Positions 14,586 through 28,947 of a DNA stretch of 64,000 nt are shown here, in pieces; the stretch's first letter is position 1, and each line of letters starts with the position of its first letter. The stretch comes from the human T2T-CHM13v2.0 reference genome, Homo sapiens: the NCBI RefSeq assembly GCF_009914755.1, contig NC_060932.1. One strand, written 5' to 3'. The notes beneath the pieces are model-generated. The model was not told the origin of the DNA and ran no database searches. It worked only from the letters and a program-made list of their open reading frames with translations. A program made the position numbers and the translations under genes.

Positions 14586-17180
14586 GGAGGCCAAGAAGCT
14601 GCTGTGGCTGATGCGGATTCAGAAAGGGCTCCCTCATCAGAGACGTGCGACATGTAAACCAAATTAAACTATGGTGTCCAAAGATACGCAATCTTTATCC
14701 TAGTAATTGTGGTCATTGGGTGATGTTGGTTTGGGCAGGCCATCTCTAATATCCTTGAAACACCTTTTTCTGCTCTCCAGGAAGGGGTCAGGGCTGCCAC
14801 AGCGGGGCTTGGAGTGCTTTCCAGGGTCACAGGCATCTGTATTCTTTGGATTCCTTGACCTTCCCCATTTATTCCCGGCATTTTCCTAAAACGTGTGCTT
14901 TGCTCCTCCTGCATCCTCCCCTTGCATGCCCTCACCTACCCCACATCTTCCCTAAAAAAAGCAAGCCCAACTCAAAGACCAGTTCCCTCATGGAATCATA
15001 GTGGATCTGCCAAGGGAGGGGATGTCCAGTCCTCTGTTCTTCACAAGGACTCCCTTCTTCTGGCTAAGGTTTCTTATGCAATTATGCCTCCTACAGAGGT
15101 GCGTGAATTTTTAATTCTCCATTTAGCTATGAGATTTCTACTAGTGTGGACTTTGTCTTATTCATTTATGTGCTGGCCATTCATAAACTATTTCATTAAT
15201 TGGATGGCAAAATGCAGTTGTACAAGGGTTTCCTTACATACAAACATAATAGGATCCAAGTAAATGCTGTTAAAAACAAGTCTCTTTGAGGGAACAATTA
15301 AATGAGGACAATATGGCATGGGACACAAGCAGAGGGGAGCAAACCTCAAGAAGAAAGACTCATCGACTCTAAGGGGGAGCATCAAGATAGCTCCCTGGCC
15401 CTGCTCTCTCTCCTTGGGAGGGTTTGGTCCTTAAATCATGAACTCTGTGGGTGTATCCTAGACGCATAAGAAGCTCTCTATTTCTTCACATTAGCTCTGC
15501 ACTGAATGTGCATATCATCTACGTCTGGGAAAATGCACCTTAGTTCCAAAATAATCCATTGTCTTTCCTAATCTCAAGATTGAAAAAAGTAACCAGACCT
15601 TGTTAGAGTAAAAGCATTTTTATCTGGATATAGATTTTATCCAGACGTGATGACAGAGCCAGGACTAGGGCGAAGCGAGGGAGGCTCTGGCCTCAGGTAT
15701 AAAATGTAAGCACTAAGATATCCTGTACTTAAGATAGATGATCTTATAATGCGATAGATTTTTAAAAAATAATATTCATGAAAAAATCACCATAATTAAC
15801 AAACTCTCCAAAATTTAAACCAAGACAGGGTCTAATCCTGTGATTGTCCAACTCAGTCGCACTCACCTACCTTGATGCCAGGATAGTCAGGCCCTGCCTT
15901 TATTTAGTCATTTAATATTCATCGTATATACGTTGTTATTTTGAATAAATTAGTGGATTTCTTGATTCCTGGAAGCATATATCATTTGACTGTATAAAAG
16001 AAGTGAAGCTTCACACACACAAAAAAAGTAAAAGTCACCATGACAATGACATTCATTCCTATGTTCTAGGGGAAACAGCACAACTCTCTTAGGAGGAAAC
16101 TCTCCTTTTATTTAAGAAGGCCCTTTAATGGCTGTTTAGGTCTTGGAAGATAGGACACCTGACTGCATCTGTGAAATAGAGATACAATCCATAAGCGCTA
16201 AATCATTCTACAATTCTAAAAATAAAATGTTAAAGGTTTCTTGGCCCTCAGAGATTAACAATGAAAGGAGTTCTGGGTTCCAAAAGGAGCAGGTATACCT
16301 GTAACATCAGGGCACAAAGTAGCCTGTAGAGGTTATTGCCAAGAGTGGCTGAACTCTTTAGCTAGAATGCACTCTGATTTCTATTCTTATTTTTAACAGT
16401 TCTGTGCATTAACCACCCGTCATTATCCTTATGTTTTTGCAAAACTGTGTCTCAACCAATTGCTGTGTATTTGAAAATTCTTGGAAAAGGGGGAAAGCCT
16501 CAGTAATTCTTAATGCAAAGCTACAAAGAAAATGGGTAGTTGGTTGCAGGAGTGAGGTGGAGGTGGCCAGAGAATGTCACACAGAAGACAGAAATAAGAA
16601 TTTGCACAAGATATTAGGAGCATAAGCACCTGTAGGGAGTTCTGAGAAACATTTGGCTGTCTACACTAATGAGGAATGGGAGCTGGAGCTGTTTAATTTG
16701 GATGGTCAAAAATAGGATAACTCCGGGAGTTTACAGAATTCACAGAATCCATTCCAACCAAGTGAGCTTGCAAGTCATACTCTAAGTCTCTGAACCTGTG
16801 AACTCATGACATAACAGAATAAAATTGTTCCCATTTCATCGTGCCTGAAGACTCATAAGAAAAAAAAAAAGGTATTAATTTTAAACACTGAAGCTCATTC
16901 ATCATTTTATTGAATTCACCTGGCTACAAAATTAACAACTGATCTTGTTCCAACTATATTTAAAGCAGATGAAGAAACTCTCCAAAGAACAGGGTTTGTC
17001 TGAGACTAGTCTAGGTAGAGTTTACTTTTGACACATCCTCTTGGTGTTTTCAGAGCTTTTTGAATATGTGGAATAATATCATTGCTTTGAGCAGATTTTC
17101 AGCCATTAGTTCTTCAGTTATTGCTGCTGTCCCTCGCTCATTTCTCTTCCTGGAAATAGAATTGTCTAGATAGATAGAGA

Positions 17181-17253
17181 ATTGGTCCAAAAGTAATTGT
17201 GGTTTTTGCCTTTAAAGGTAATGGCAAAAACTGCAATTACTTTTGCACCAACC
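17181..17253. mobile_element. MADE1 mariner MITE (palindromic)
   Basis: ttggtccaaaagtaattgtggtttttgcc...ggcaaaaactgcaattacttttgcaccaacc inverted repeat. Confidence 0.9.
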
Positions 17254-17446
17254 ATACGTATGTACACAAACACATATGCAATATGTGTGTATTGCATATA
17301 TACTCAATGCAAACACACAGACACACATATACAAAGCATCCTTTTACTGTGTCTTCACATATATATTTATGCAATTTTTTGTATTTTTCATTATTTTATA
17401 TCTCTGCACTTCAACCTGAAAATTTTCCACTGACTTGTATTCTTAC

Positions 17447-17888
<442 letters not shown>

Positions 17889-18250
17889 TAAGACAGGAGA
17901 GTCTATTCAAAAATGAAAAGGGTCAGACATGTTTCAGATGCCCCAGCCTTCTTGGGATATGGGCTTTTTCATGCTAACATCTGTCTCTTAATGAATCCAA
18001 AATGAAGGAGTGTTTGCTTTTAAAAGAATACATTTCAGTGAAGGTCTTGATCAAAGAGAGATAATTAAAAAAACACTAAAGAAACATCAAAAAGATCTAA
18101 TTGTAGGGTATCTGGGGGATGATAACACATCCAGGAAACTTTTTCTGAGAGACCTGTGATAGAACCTTAAATGTACTTTTCTTTGTTTTGCTCTCATATG
18201 TGAGCAACTTAGAAGAAACATGTATTTGTTTGTATTAATCCTACATGACT

Positions 18251-18437
18251 AGGGTTGACAGATTTAGCAAATAAAAGTATAGGACACTCAGTTAAATGTG
18301 AGTTTTAGATAAACAACATCCAGTTTATTGTGGCATTATCTATCTCATACTATTTGGGATTAAATACACTAAAAAGTTCTTCATGGTTTTTCTGAAAGCC
18401 AAATTGAACTTGGCCTCCTATATTCATCTAATAACAC
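18251..18437. mobile_element. MER53-like hAT MITE
   Basis: Starts agggttgacagatttagcaaataaaa; diverged right end. Confidence 0.6.
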
Positions 18438-18522
18438 TATGAATCACTGAAAACATTTTTTCTTTAAAGATATTTTTCTTGGTGAAAGTATTTATTACGT
18501 CACTGAATTTTATTTTACTGGG

Positions 18523-19028
18523 TGTAGTAGGTGTAATAACGGCATCCCAAAGATGTCCATGTCCTTATCCCTAGAACCTGGGATTATGTTACACTTTACG
18601 GCAAATAAGAACTAAGACAGCAGATAGAATAGTTGGCTAATATGCTGACTTTAAAACCGGGAGATTTACTTAGATCATGTGAATGAGACCAACGTAATCC
18701 AAGAATCCTTAAATGTGGAAAAGAAAGGCAGAACAGTCAGTGTCTGGGTGATGCGATGTGGGAACGACTCAACAGCCATTGCTGGATTTGAAGATGAAGG
18801 AAGGATCCACAAACCAAGGAACATGGGCAGCCTCTCAGATTTGAAAAGGCAAAGAAGAAAAAAAAAAAAAAAAGGAAAGGAAACTCAGCTTCTTAGAACC
18901 TCTGGAAAGGAAAAAGGTCCTAAGGACACTTTGATTTTTCATGTTTGATCCCCAAAACAGCAAGATAATTTGTGTTGGTTTAGGTCACTAAGCTTATGAC
19001 AATTTGCTTAGAAACAGAACACAAATAC
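18523..19028 (+). mobile_element. MLT1 (MaLR) LTR, copy A
   Basis: tgtagtagg...cccaaagatgtccatgtcc...aaataca; paralog at ~41287-41790. Confidence 0.75.
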
Positions 19029-19340
19029 AATTGCTCCTCAGTATCCATGGGGGATTGGTTCCAGGACCCCCTGTGTATACCAAATGCCTCAGATGCTCAA
19101 GTCCCTGATATAAAAGAGTAGTAATTTCATATAATCTTCACACTCCTTGCATATACTTTAAATCATTCCTAGATTTCTTGTAACACTGAACACAATGTAA
19201 ATGCTAAGTAAGTAGGAGTTATGCTGTATTTCCTAGAAAATAATGGCAAGAGAAAAAGGCCTGTGCATGCTCAATTCAGACACAATGTTTTTGTAGAACG
19301 TTTCCTGATGTGGAACACACGAATAGGAAGGGCCTACTGG
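19028..19340. mobile_element. MER2 (Tigger-family) element, copy A
   Basis: caattgctcctcagtatccatgggggattggttccaggacccc; paralog at ~41790-42095. Confidence 0.8.
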
Positions 19341-22300
19341 TTTCAAATTATAAACTGAGCATAAAATTAGTAACACAAAAAAGCTAAGGCTACATTTCTG
19401 TAATGGAGAACAAAGATGAAAACCTACCAACATTTTACGGAATTTTATGTATATCTTTCTCAAATTCTGAAGGCTTATATGAAAAGACAATGAGGCTCTC
19501 AGGAAGAAGGGACAAAAACTGAAAAAGTTGAGCCTGTTCCTCAGTTTCCATCCAAACGGACTCACTGCTATGGGAATTGCCCTCCTACAGTAGACAAGAT
19601 GGAACTAGTCAGCAGGTGTGAGACAGCTGTGTTCATATATTGGATAATAAGCAGTGCAACAAACAAATAAAGTAGGATGTCCTTTTGCCCCTAGCTCTCT
19701 ATAGGGCCAGGTTACAGGCCACAGCACAGGGAGGAAGACTTACATGAAGACCAGCACCCTGTAGCATTGAGGAGACCAAGGTCAAAGCTCACACAGCACG
19801 ATACGCCCTGTGTCAGTCTGTGTGTGTTGCTCTAAAGGAATACCTGAGGTGGGATAATACTTCAGGAAAGGAAGTTATTTGGCTCACTATTTTTGGCTGT
19901 GTGAGAAGCATGGTGCCTGCATCCGCTCCTTGTTAGGACTCCATAAGCCTTCAGTCATAGTGGAAAGTCAAGTGGGAGCAGGAATATCACGTGGTAAGAG
20001 TGGAGCGAGAGGGTGCAAGGAGGTCCCAGACTCTTTTAAACAACTACATGTTGTATGAACTCGGAGCAAGAACTCACTCATTTTTGTGATGAAAGCAGTT
20101 AGTCATTCATTAGGGATTCACCCCCACAACCCAAACACTTCCCACCAGATTCCACTTCCAACACTGAGGATTAGATTTCAGCAGGAGGTTTCGAGGGGAC
20201 AAACATCTGAAAAATATTATTCTTCCTCTGGCCCCTCAAATCTCATGTCCTTCTCACATTGCAAAATGCAATCATCCCTTCCCAATCACTCCCCAAAGTT
20301 TTAACTACTTCCAGCATTAACTTAATCAAAAGTCCAAAGTTCAAAATCTCATCCCCTGAGACTCAAATTCCTTCCGCCTTTTAGCCTGTACTATCAAAAA
20401 CAAGTTATGTACTTTCATGTTACAATGATGGCACAGGCATTGGCTAGACACTACCATTCTAAAAGGCAGAAATTGGCCAATAAAAGGGATTACAGGCCCC
20501 ACACATGTCAGAAACTCAGCAGGGCAGCTATTAAACCTCAAAGTTTGAAAATAATTCTTGATTCCATGTCCTTTATTCTGCTGTGAGGGTGGGCTCTGAA
20601 GACCTTGGGCTGCTCTGCCCCTGTGGCTTTACAGGGTGCAGCCCACATGGCTCCTGTCACAGGTCAGAATCTGATGCCCGTGGCTCTTCCATGCTGAGGG
20701 TACAAGCTGTCAACAGTGTTACTATTCTCAGGTCTGGAGGGCAGTGTTCCCCTTCCCTCAGCTCCACTAGGCAATGCCCCACTGGGGACACTGTGTGGGG
20801 AATCCAACCCCACGTTTCCCCTTAGCACTGCCCTGGTAGAGTTTTTCTCTTGGTACTCTCCCTCGGCAGCAGTTTTCTGCCTGGAGAACCAGACTTTGCC
20901 ACACATCCTCTGAAATCTCGGTGGAAGCTGCCAAGCCTCCTTCCTTTTTGCACTCTGCAGACTTGCAGGCTTAGCACCACATGAACGCTGCCAAGACGTT
21001 CTGGCTTTCACCCACTGAAGCAGTGGCCAATCTGTACATTAGGCCCTTTGAGCTGAGGCTGGAGGCTGGGCAGCCAGGATGTGTCTTGAAGCTGAGCAGG
21101 GCAGCTGTGCCTGGGTCTGGCCACTGAAACCATTCTTTCCTCCTAGGCCTGTGGGCTGTGGTGGGAGGGAATGCCTCAAAGTTTTCAAAAATGCCTTGTA
21201 AGCCTTTTCCCCATTGTCTTGGCTATTAGCACTTGGCTCCTTCTCAGTCATGCACATCTCTCTAGCAAGTGGTTTCTCCACAGCCCCTTACAGTCCTCTT
21301 CTGAAAATGCTTTTTCTTTCTCTACTAAATTTCTAGGCTGCAAATTTTCCAAATTTTTATGCTTTGCTTCTTTCATGCGCGTCCGTGTGAAGAGACCACC
21401 AAACAGGCTTTGTGTGAGCAACATGGCTGTTTATTTCACCTGGGTGCAGGCGGGCTGAGTCTGAAAAGAGAGTCAGCAAAGGGAGATAAGGATGGGGCCG
21501 TTTTATAGGATTTGGGTAGGTAAAGGAAAATTACAGTCAAAGGGGTTTTGTTCTCTGGTGGGCAGGAGTGGGGGTCGCAAGGTGCTCAGTGGGGTTGCTT
21601 TTTGAGCCAGGATGAGCCAGGAAAAGGACTTTCACAAGGTAATGTCATCACTTAAGGCAAAGACCGGCCATTCACACTTCTTTTGTGGTGGAATGTCATC
21701 TGTTAAATTGGGGCAGGGCATATTCACTTCTTTTGTGATTCTTCAGTTACTTCAGGCCATCTGGGCGTATATACGTGGAAGTCACAGGGGATGTGATGGC
21801 TTGGCTTGGGCTAAGAGGCCTGATATTCCTGCCTTCTTATATTAATAAGAAAAATAAAACAAAATAGTGTTGAAGTGTTGGGGTGGTGAAAATTTTTGGG
21901 GGGTGGTATGGAGAGAGAATGGGCGATGTTTCTCAGGGCTGCTTCAAGCGGGATTAGGGGTGGCGTGGGAATCTAGAGTGGGAGAGATTAAGCTGAAGGG
22001 AAGTCTTGTGGTAAGGGGTGATATTGTGGGGATGTTAGAAGAAACATTTGTCATATAGAATGATTGGTGATGGCCTGGATACGCTTTTGGATGAATTGAG
22101 AAACTAAATGGAATAACAGAAGGAGAAAAACAGGTATAAAAGGTCTAAGAATTGGGAAGACTCAGGATATCTGATTAGAGAGTGCCTAAGGAGACTCATC
22201 ATAGTCCTGCCAGCAAAGATTATTTATTTACTTCAAGAGTTAAGAGCGGCAGTTTGGGGATAGCACCAGGAGATATCAGCTGTGATGGCTTGGAAAAACT

Positions 22301-23738
22301 GTGTAAAACGGCCGTGTAAACAAGAGCAGGGCATGTATGAGTAGTTGAGAACAGTGAATAGGAGTATGACTAGACAGAAGATAGTAGGGATGACAAGTTT
22401 TTTGGGGCACAGTTTAAGTTGGTCTGGTGTCTGGAATGAGACTGGGGCCTAATAAAAAGGAGCGTCTATACAGGAGCTTAAATGGGCTGTACCCTGTAGC
22501 ATTCCGAGGACAGGCCTGAATTCTGAGATGGGAGAGTGCTAAAAGTATTGTCCAGTCCTTTTTGGTGGCTGAGCTTGGTGAGGTGTGTTTTTAAAAGACC
22601 TTTAGTCCATTCTCCTTTTCTTGAAGATGGAGGACTGTAAGGAATATAAAGGTTTCACTGAATACTAAGAGCCTGAAAAACTGCTTGGCTGATTTGACTA
22701 ATAAAGGCTCATGTGTTATCAGACTGTATGGAGGTGGGAAGGCTAAACTGAGAAATTATGTCTGACAGAACCAAAGAAATGACTGCGGTGGCCTTCTCAG
22801 ACCCTGTAGGAAAGGCCTCTACCTATCCAGTGAAAGTATCTACCTAGACTAAGAGGTATTTTAGTTATCTGACTCAGGGCATGTTGAGTAAAGCTAACTT
22901 GCCAGTCCTGGGTGGGGCAAATCCTTGACTTGATGTGTAGGGAAGGGAGGGGGCCTGAATAATCCCTGAGGAGTAGTAGAATAGCAGATGGAACACTGAG
23001 AAGTTATTTCCTTCCTTGAGGATAGATTTCCACGATGGAAAGGAAATAAGAGGTTCTAAGAGGCGGGCTAGTGGCTTGTACTATAGTATAACCTGCTTTT
23101 GCTGGTGTGTGGCAATTAGGCCTGGTGGAACTGCCATCAATAAATCAAGCGTGATCAGGGTGAGGAACAGGAAAGAAGCAAATATGGGGAAATGGGGTGA
23201 ATATCAGGTGGATCAGAGAGATACAGTCATGGGGGTCAGGTGTGGTATCAGGAATAATGTGGGAGGCCAGATTGAAGTCCGGGCCAGGAACAATGGTAAT
23301 TGTGGGACTTAAAGAGTGAGTACAGCTGAAGGAGCCGGGGAGCAGAAAGTATATAAGTCAAGTATGAGGAAGAAAATAGATTTTGGAAGTTATGAGAACT
23401 GTAGAGAGGGAGTTGAGCATAGTTTGTGATTTTGAGGGCCTCTAAAAGTATTAAAGCAGCGGCAGCCACTGCACGCAGACATGAGGGCTAGGCTAAAACA
23501 GTAAGGTCAAGTTGTTTGCACAGAAAGGCTACAGGGTGCTGTCCTGGCTCTTGTGTAAGAATTCTGACTGCACTAACTATGCCTAGGAAGGAAAGGAGTT
23601 GTTTTGTAAGGGATTGTGGTTTGGGAGATTAATCGGACATGATCAGCAGGGAAAGCACATATGTTTTCATGAGAACTATGCTGAGATAGGTAACAGATGA
23701 GGATGACATTTGGGCTTGACTGAAGTAATAGGGGCTGT

Positions 23739-24569
23739 CTATGAAGCCTTGCGGCAGTACAGCCTAGGTAATTTGCTGAGCCTGATGGGTGTCAGGGTCA
23801 GTCTAAGTGGAAGCAAAGAGAGGCTGGGACAAGGGGTGCAGGGGAATAGTGAAAAAGCATCTTTAAGATCAAGCACAGAATAGTGAGTTGTGGAGGAAGG
23901 TATTGAGGACAAAAGAGTGTACGGGTTGGACACCACAGGGGGGATAGGCAAAACAATTTGGTTGATAAGGTGCAGATCATGAACTAACTTGTAAGGCTTG
24001 TCTGGTTTTAGGACAGGTAAAATGGGGGAATTGTAAGGAGAGTTTATAGGATTTAAAAGGCCATGCTGTAGCAGACGAGTGATAACAGGCTTTAATCCTT
24101 TCAAAGCATGCTGCGGGATGGGATATTGGTGTTGAGTGGGGTAAGGGTGATTAGGTTTTAATGAGATGGTAAGGGGTGCATGATCGGTCACCAAGGAGGG
24201 AGTAGAGGTATCTTATACTTATGGGTTAAGGTCGGGGGATACAAGAGGACGCAAAGGAGACTTTGGATTGGGAAGAAGGGTGGCAATGAGATATAGCTGT
24301 AGTCCAGGAATAGTCAGGGAAGCAGATAATTTAGTTAAAGTGTCTCGGCCTAATAAGGGAACTGGGCAGGTGGGGACAACTAAAAAGGAGTGCTTAAAAG
24401 AGTATTGTCTAAGTTGGCGCCAGAGTTGGGGAGTTTTAAGAGGTTTAGAAGCCTGGCCATCAATACCCACAACAGTTATGGAATCAAGGGAAACAGGCCC
24501 TTGAAAAGAAGGTAATGTGGAGTGGGTAGCCACCGTAATGATTAAGAAGGGGACGGAATTACCCGCCAC
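23739..24569 (-). pseudogene. HERV-H pro/pol (protease and reverse transcriptase) remnants
   Basis: ORFs 24219-24569 (HSFLVVPTCPVPLLGRD) and 23739-24194 (RT N-terminus), frameshifted. Confidence 0.9.
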
Positions 24570-25953
24570 TGTGAGAGTTACTCGAAGTTCAGCGTCCGTG
24601 ATGGTCTAGGGGGCTTCTGAGGCGATCGGGCAGTGTCAGTCTTCAGCCACTAAGCGGAGAAGATCTCTGAAGGAGTCAGTCAGAGAGCCTTGGGCCAGAG
24701 TTCCAGGGGCTGTGGGAATGGCTGCCAGGTGAGTTGAACAGTCCGGTTTTCAGTGGGGTCCCACACAGATGGGACGCGGCTTAGGAGGAATCCCAGGCTG
24801 TGGGCATTCCTTGGCCCAGTGGCCAGATTTTGCATATGTAGCAAGCTCCTGGGGGAGGAGGTTCTGGAGGACTGCCTGGCTGCTGTGGTTCAGGCATTTG
24901 GAAGTTCTTGTGTGCTGGAGATGTGGCTGGGGTTTGTCTCACAGTGGAGGCAAAGAATTGCAACTTTTTTCTGTTATTGTACGCCTTGAAGGTGAGGTTA
25001 ATTAAGTCCTGTTGTGGGGTTTGAGGGCCAGATTCCAATTTTTGGAGTTTTATTTAATGTTGGGAGCAGATTGGGTAATAAAATGTATATTGAGAATAAG
25101 ACGGCCTTTTGACCTTTTAGGGTCTAGGGCTGTAAAGTGTCTCAGGGTTGCTGCCAAATGAGCCATGAACTGGGCTGGGTTTTTATATTTGATGAAAAAG
25201 AGCCTAAACACTTCTGATTTGGGATAAAGAAAAAGGAGCATTAACCTTGACTATATCTTTGGCTCCGGCCACCTTTTTAAGAGTAAATTGCTGGGCAGGT
25301 GGAGGAGGGCTAGTCACGGAAGGAAACTGTAAGCCGGACCAGGTGTGAGGAGGGGAGGTGATAAAAAGATTATAGGGTAGAGGAGCAGAGGCTGAGGAAG
25401 AATTGGGACGTAGCTTGGCCTGGTGAGGAGCAGCCTGGGGAGGAAGGGAGATGTCAGATTGGTCTGTAGAAAAGGAAGATTAGAAAGACTCAGCGACACT
25501 TGGGGTTGGTACTGAGGGGACAGGCGGGAGGGAAAGAAGGAAGATTTGGGATGAGTTGCACTGGGCACAGAGACTAGGAAGGGACTGATGTGTAAAAGAA
25601 TGCCTGGACGTCAGGCACCTGAGACCATTTGCCTGTTTTACAACAAGAATTATTTAGATCTTGTAGGATGGAAAAATTCAAAGTGCCATTTTCTGGCTAT
25701 TTGGAACTACTGTCGAGTTTGTATTGGGGTCAAGTGGCATTGCAGAAGAACATAAGGCATTTAGGTTTTAGGTCAGGTGTGACTTGAAGAGGTTTTAAGT
25801 TTTTGAGAACACAGGCCAAGGGAGTAGAAGGAAGAATGGAGCATGGAAGGTTGCCCATAGTGAAGGAAGCAAGCCTAGAGAAAAGAGAGAGTAGAGAAAT
25901 GGAAGGAAGGGGTTTGGGGGTTCTTACCTTCCAGAAAAGTGGGAAAAGGGGTT

Positions 25954-26207
25954 GGGGCACAGAGATAAGAGGTCAGGGCATGGAAATAAGGGATTGGGGT
26001 GCAGAGATATGAGGTTGAGGCACTGAAATAAGGGATTGGGGCACAGAGATAAGAGGTCGGAGTGCAGAAATAAGGGATTGGGGTGTAGAGATAAGAGGTT
26101 GGGGCATGGAAATAAGGGATTGGGGTGTAGAGATAAGAGGTTGGGGCATGGAAATAAGGGATTGGGGTGCAGAGATAAGAGGCTGGGGCGTGGAAATAAG
26201 GGATTGG
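25954..26207. repeat. 42-bp (2x21) minisatellite, about 6 copies, in the HERV-H leader
   Basis: Unit ggggcatggaaataagggattggggtgtagagataagaggtt (26101-26142). Confidence 0.9.
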
Positions 26208-28574
26208 GTGTTCTTGCCCCATAGAAAAGCGGGACTTGCCGCTAAGGGTGAAGGAGAAGGGGTTGAAGGGTACTTGCCCCTCTCCCAGAAAAGCAGAGAA
26301 GGGGTAGAGACAAGGCGAGAAGGAGTTGAGGTACTTGCCCCTTCCCCAGAAAAGCGGGAATTGCCGCTAAGGGTGAATGACCAAGGCAGGTGTTCCTGCA
26401 TGGTCAGACACCCTTGAAACGTGGGTGTATAATCAGAGAGGCATCCCTGCAATGATTAAACACCAAGGGAAGGCTGCCTTCCCAGTCCGTGACCAGTGCC
26501 GGAGTTTTGGGTCCATGGAAAAAACGTGTCTCCTTTGTCTCTTCCAGAAAATGAAAGGAATTGAAATTAAGAGAAGGGAGAGATTGAAGAGTGGAAAGGA
26601 GAAAGTGGTTGAGGGACAGTGAGAGAGGTTGCAGAAGAGAGTAAGAAGAGGCCGCTTACCTGATTTAAAATTGGTGAGATGTTCCTTGGGCTGGTCGGTC
26701 TGATGACCTGAGGTCATAGGTGGATCTTCTCACGGAGCAAAAAACAGGAGTACAGGGGATTGATCTCCCAAGGGAGGTCCCCCGATCCAAGTCACGGCAC
26801 CAAATTTCATGTGCGTCCGTGTGAAGAGACCACCAAACAGGCTTTGTGTGAGCAACATGGCTGTTTATTTCACCTGAGTGCAGGTGGGCTGAATCCAAAA
26901 AGGGAGTCAGTGAAGGGAGAAAAGTGTGGGGCTGTTTTATAGGATTTGGGTAGGTAAAGGAAAAATACAGTCAAAAGGGGTTTGTTCTCTGGCGGGCAGG
27001 AGTAGGGGTTGCAAGGTGCTCAGTGGGGGTGCTTTTTGAGACAGGATGAGCCAGGAAAAGGACTTTCACAAGGTAATGTCGTCACTTAAGGCAAGGACCG
27101 GCCATTTACACTTCTTTTGTGGTGGAATGTCATCTGTTAAGGTGGGGCAGGGCATATTCACTTCTTTTGTGATTCTTCAGTTACTTCAGGCCATCTGGGC
27201 GTATACATGCAAGTCACAGGGGATGCGATGGCTTGGCTTGGGCTGAGACGCCTGACAGCTTCTCCTTTAAGTTCCAAATTGAAAGCATTTCTTTGCTCCT
27301 GTATCTGATTGCAAGCTTGTAGAAGCAGCTACATATCTTGAATACTTTGCTCCTTGGAAATTACTTAGACCAGATGCTCTAGCTAATCACTCTAAAGTTC
27401 AACTTTCCACAAATCCCTAGGACGTGAACACAATGCAGCCAAGCTCTTGACTGGGGTGTAACAATGGGGACCCTTGCTCTAATTCCCAGTAACTTCCACT
27501 TTTCCATCTAACAACTTGATAGTGTGGACTCCACTGTCCATATCTCTGTGAGCATTTTGGTCACGTACATTTAACAAGTTTCTAAAGAGTTCCAAACTTT
27601 CCCTCATCTTCCTATCTTTTGCTGGGCCCTACAAACTCTTTCAACCTCTGCCAGTACCCAGTGACAAAGCCACTTCCATATTTTCAGCTGTCTTTACAGC
27701 AATGCCCCCTGCACAGTATCAATTTTCTGTGTCAGTTTGTTTTTACTCCTATAAAGGAATACCTAATGCTGGGTAATTCATAAGGAAAAGAAGTTTATTT
27801 TGGCTCCCTATTCTGTAGGCTGTATGAGTAGCATGGTGACATCATCTGCTCCTTTTGAGGCCTCAGAAGGCTTCCTTTTGTGTAGGAAGGGGAAGGGGGA
27901 GCAGGAGTATCACAAGCCAGGAGAAGGAGCCAGAGTTGGGGAGGTGCCACACTGTGTGAAACAACCAGATCTCCCATGACTCAAAGAAGGAGCTCACAGA
28001 TTATCTCCAGGACAGCACCAAGCCATTCATGAGGGATCCACCCCAATGACCCCAACACCTCCTGCCAGGTCCCACCTCCAAGACTGGGAATTACATTTCA
28101 ACATAGTATTTGGAGAGTACAAACATCCAACCTGTATCAGACCCCAATTTCCAGTGCACATATCAGAGAGTGGGCTACTGAAAGGAAGCATTGATCTTGA
28201 GTGTTGGAGAAGAGAAGAATGCCTTCACTCTTAGGCTATGTTATGATGTGTGCACACTTGGGCTAAGACTTCCCCAGGCCAGAAAAAAGTAAAAACTCCA
28301 TAAGGGAGTGAACGGCATTTTCAGGAGGACAGACAAGTCTTGAAAACTTTGTATCCCCACAGCAAAGTGGAGAGAACTCAGAACCTCAGAAAGCCATCAG
28401 CAAGTAGTGGTGCTAGTTAGCTCTAGATTAAACTGCTCTGCAACTGCTTCAAGAAATTTTCAAGCCATTCTTGAAAAAACCAAATGAATGTATAGAACCC
28501 CCAAAATGAACCAGATGATGTCTAGCATTCTTTGGGGAAAACAACCAAAACTGTTACTCAACAATTCAAGCTGT

Positions 28575-28947
<373 letters not shown>

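Larger units (their letters stand above)
21371..27257 (-). mobile_element. HERV-H provirus (LTR7-int-LTR7), common deleted type, defective gag/pro/pol, no intact env
   Basis: 5' LTR 26805-27257, 3' LTR 21371-21825; His-tRNA PBS TGGTGCCGTGACTTGGAT 26785-26802; PPT beside 21826; TSD GCTTC (21366-21370, 27258-27262); RT fragment SPYNSPILPVLKPDKPYKLVHDL...LDLKDAF. Confidence 0.97.
19809..28139 (-). mobile_element. MST-type MaLR provirus (LTRs ~19809-20219 and ~27728-28139) split by HERV-H
   Basis: Two related tgtgtcagt... LTRs. MaLR internal sequence at 20220-21370 resumes at 27263-27727. The empty site is in copy A near 1928. Confidence 0.85.

Noticed and set aside
25875-26452. Repeat-peptide ORFs or a CRISPR-like array
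   Set aside because: Contiguous minisatellite without unique spacers, inside HERV-H in primate DNA.
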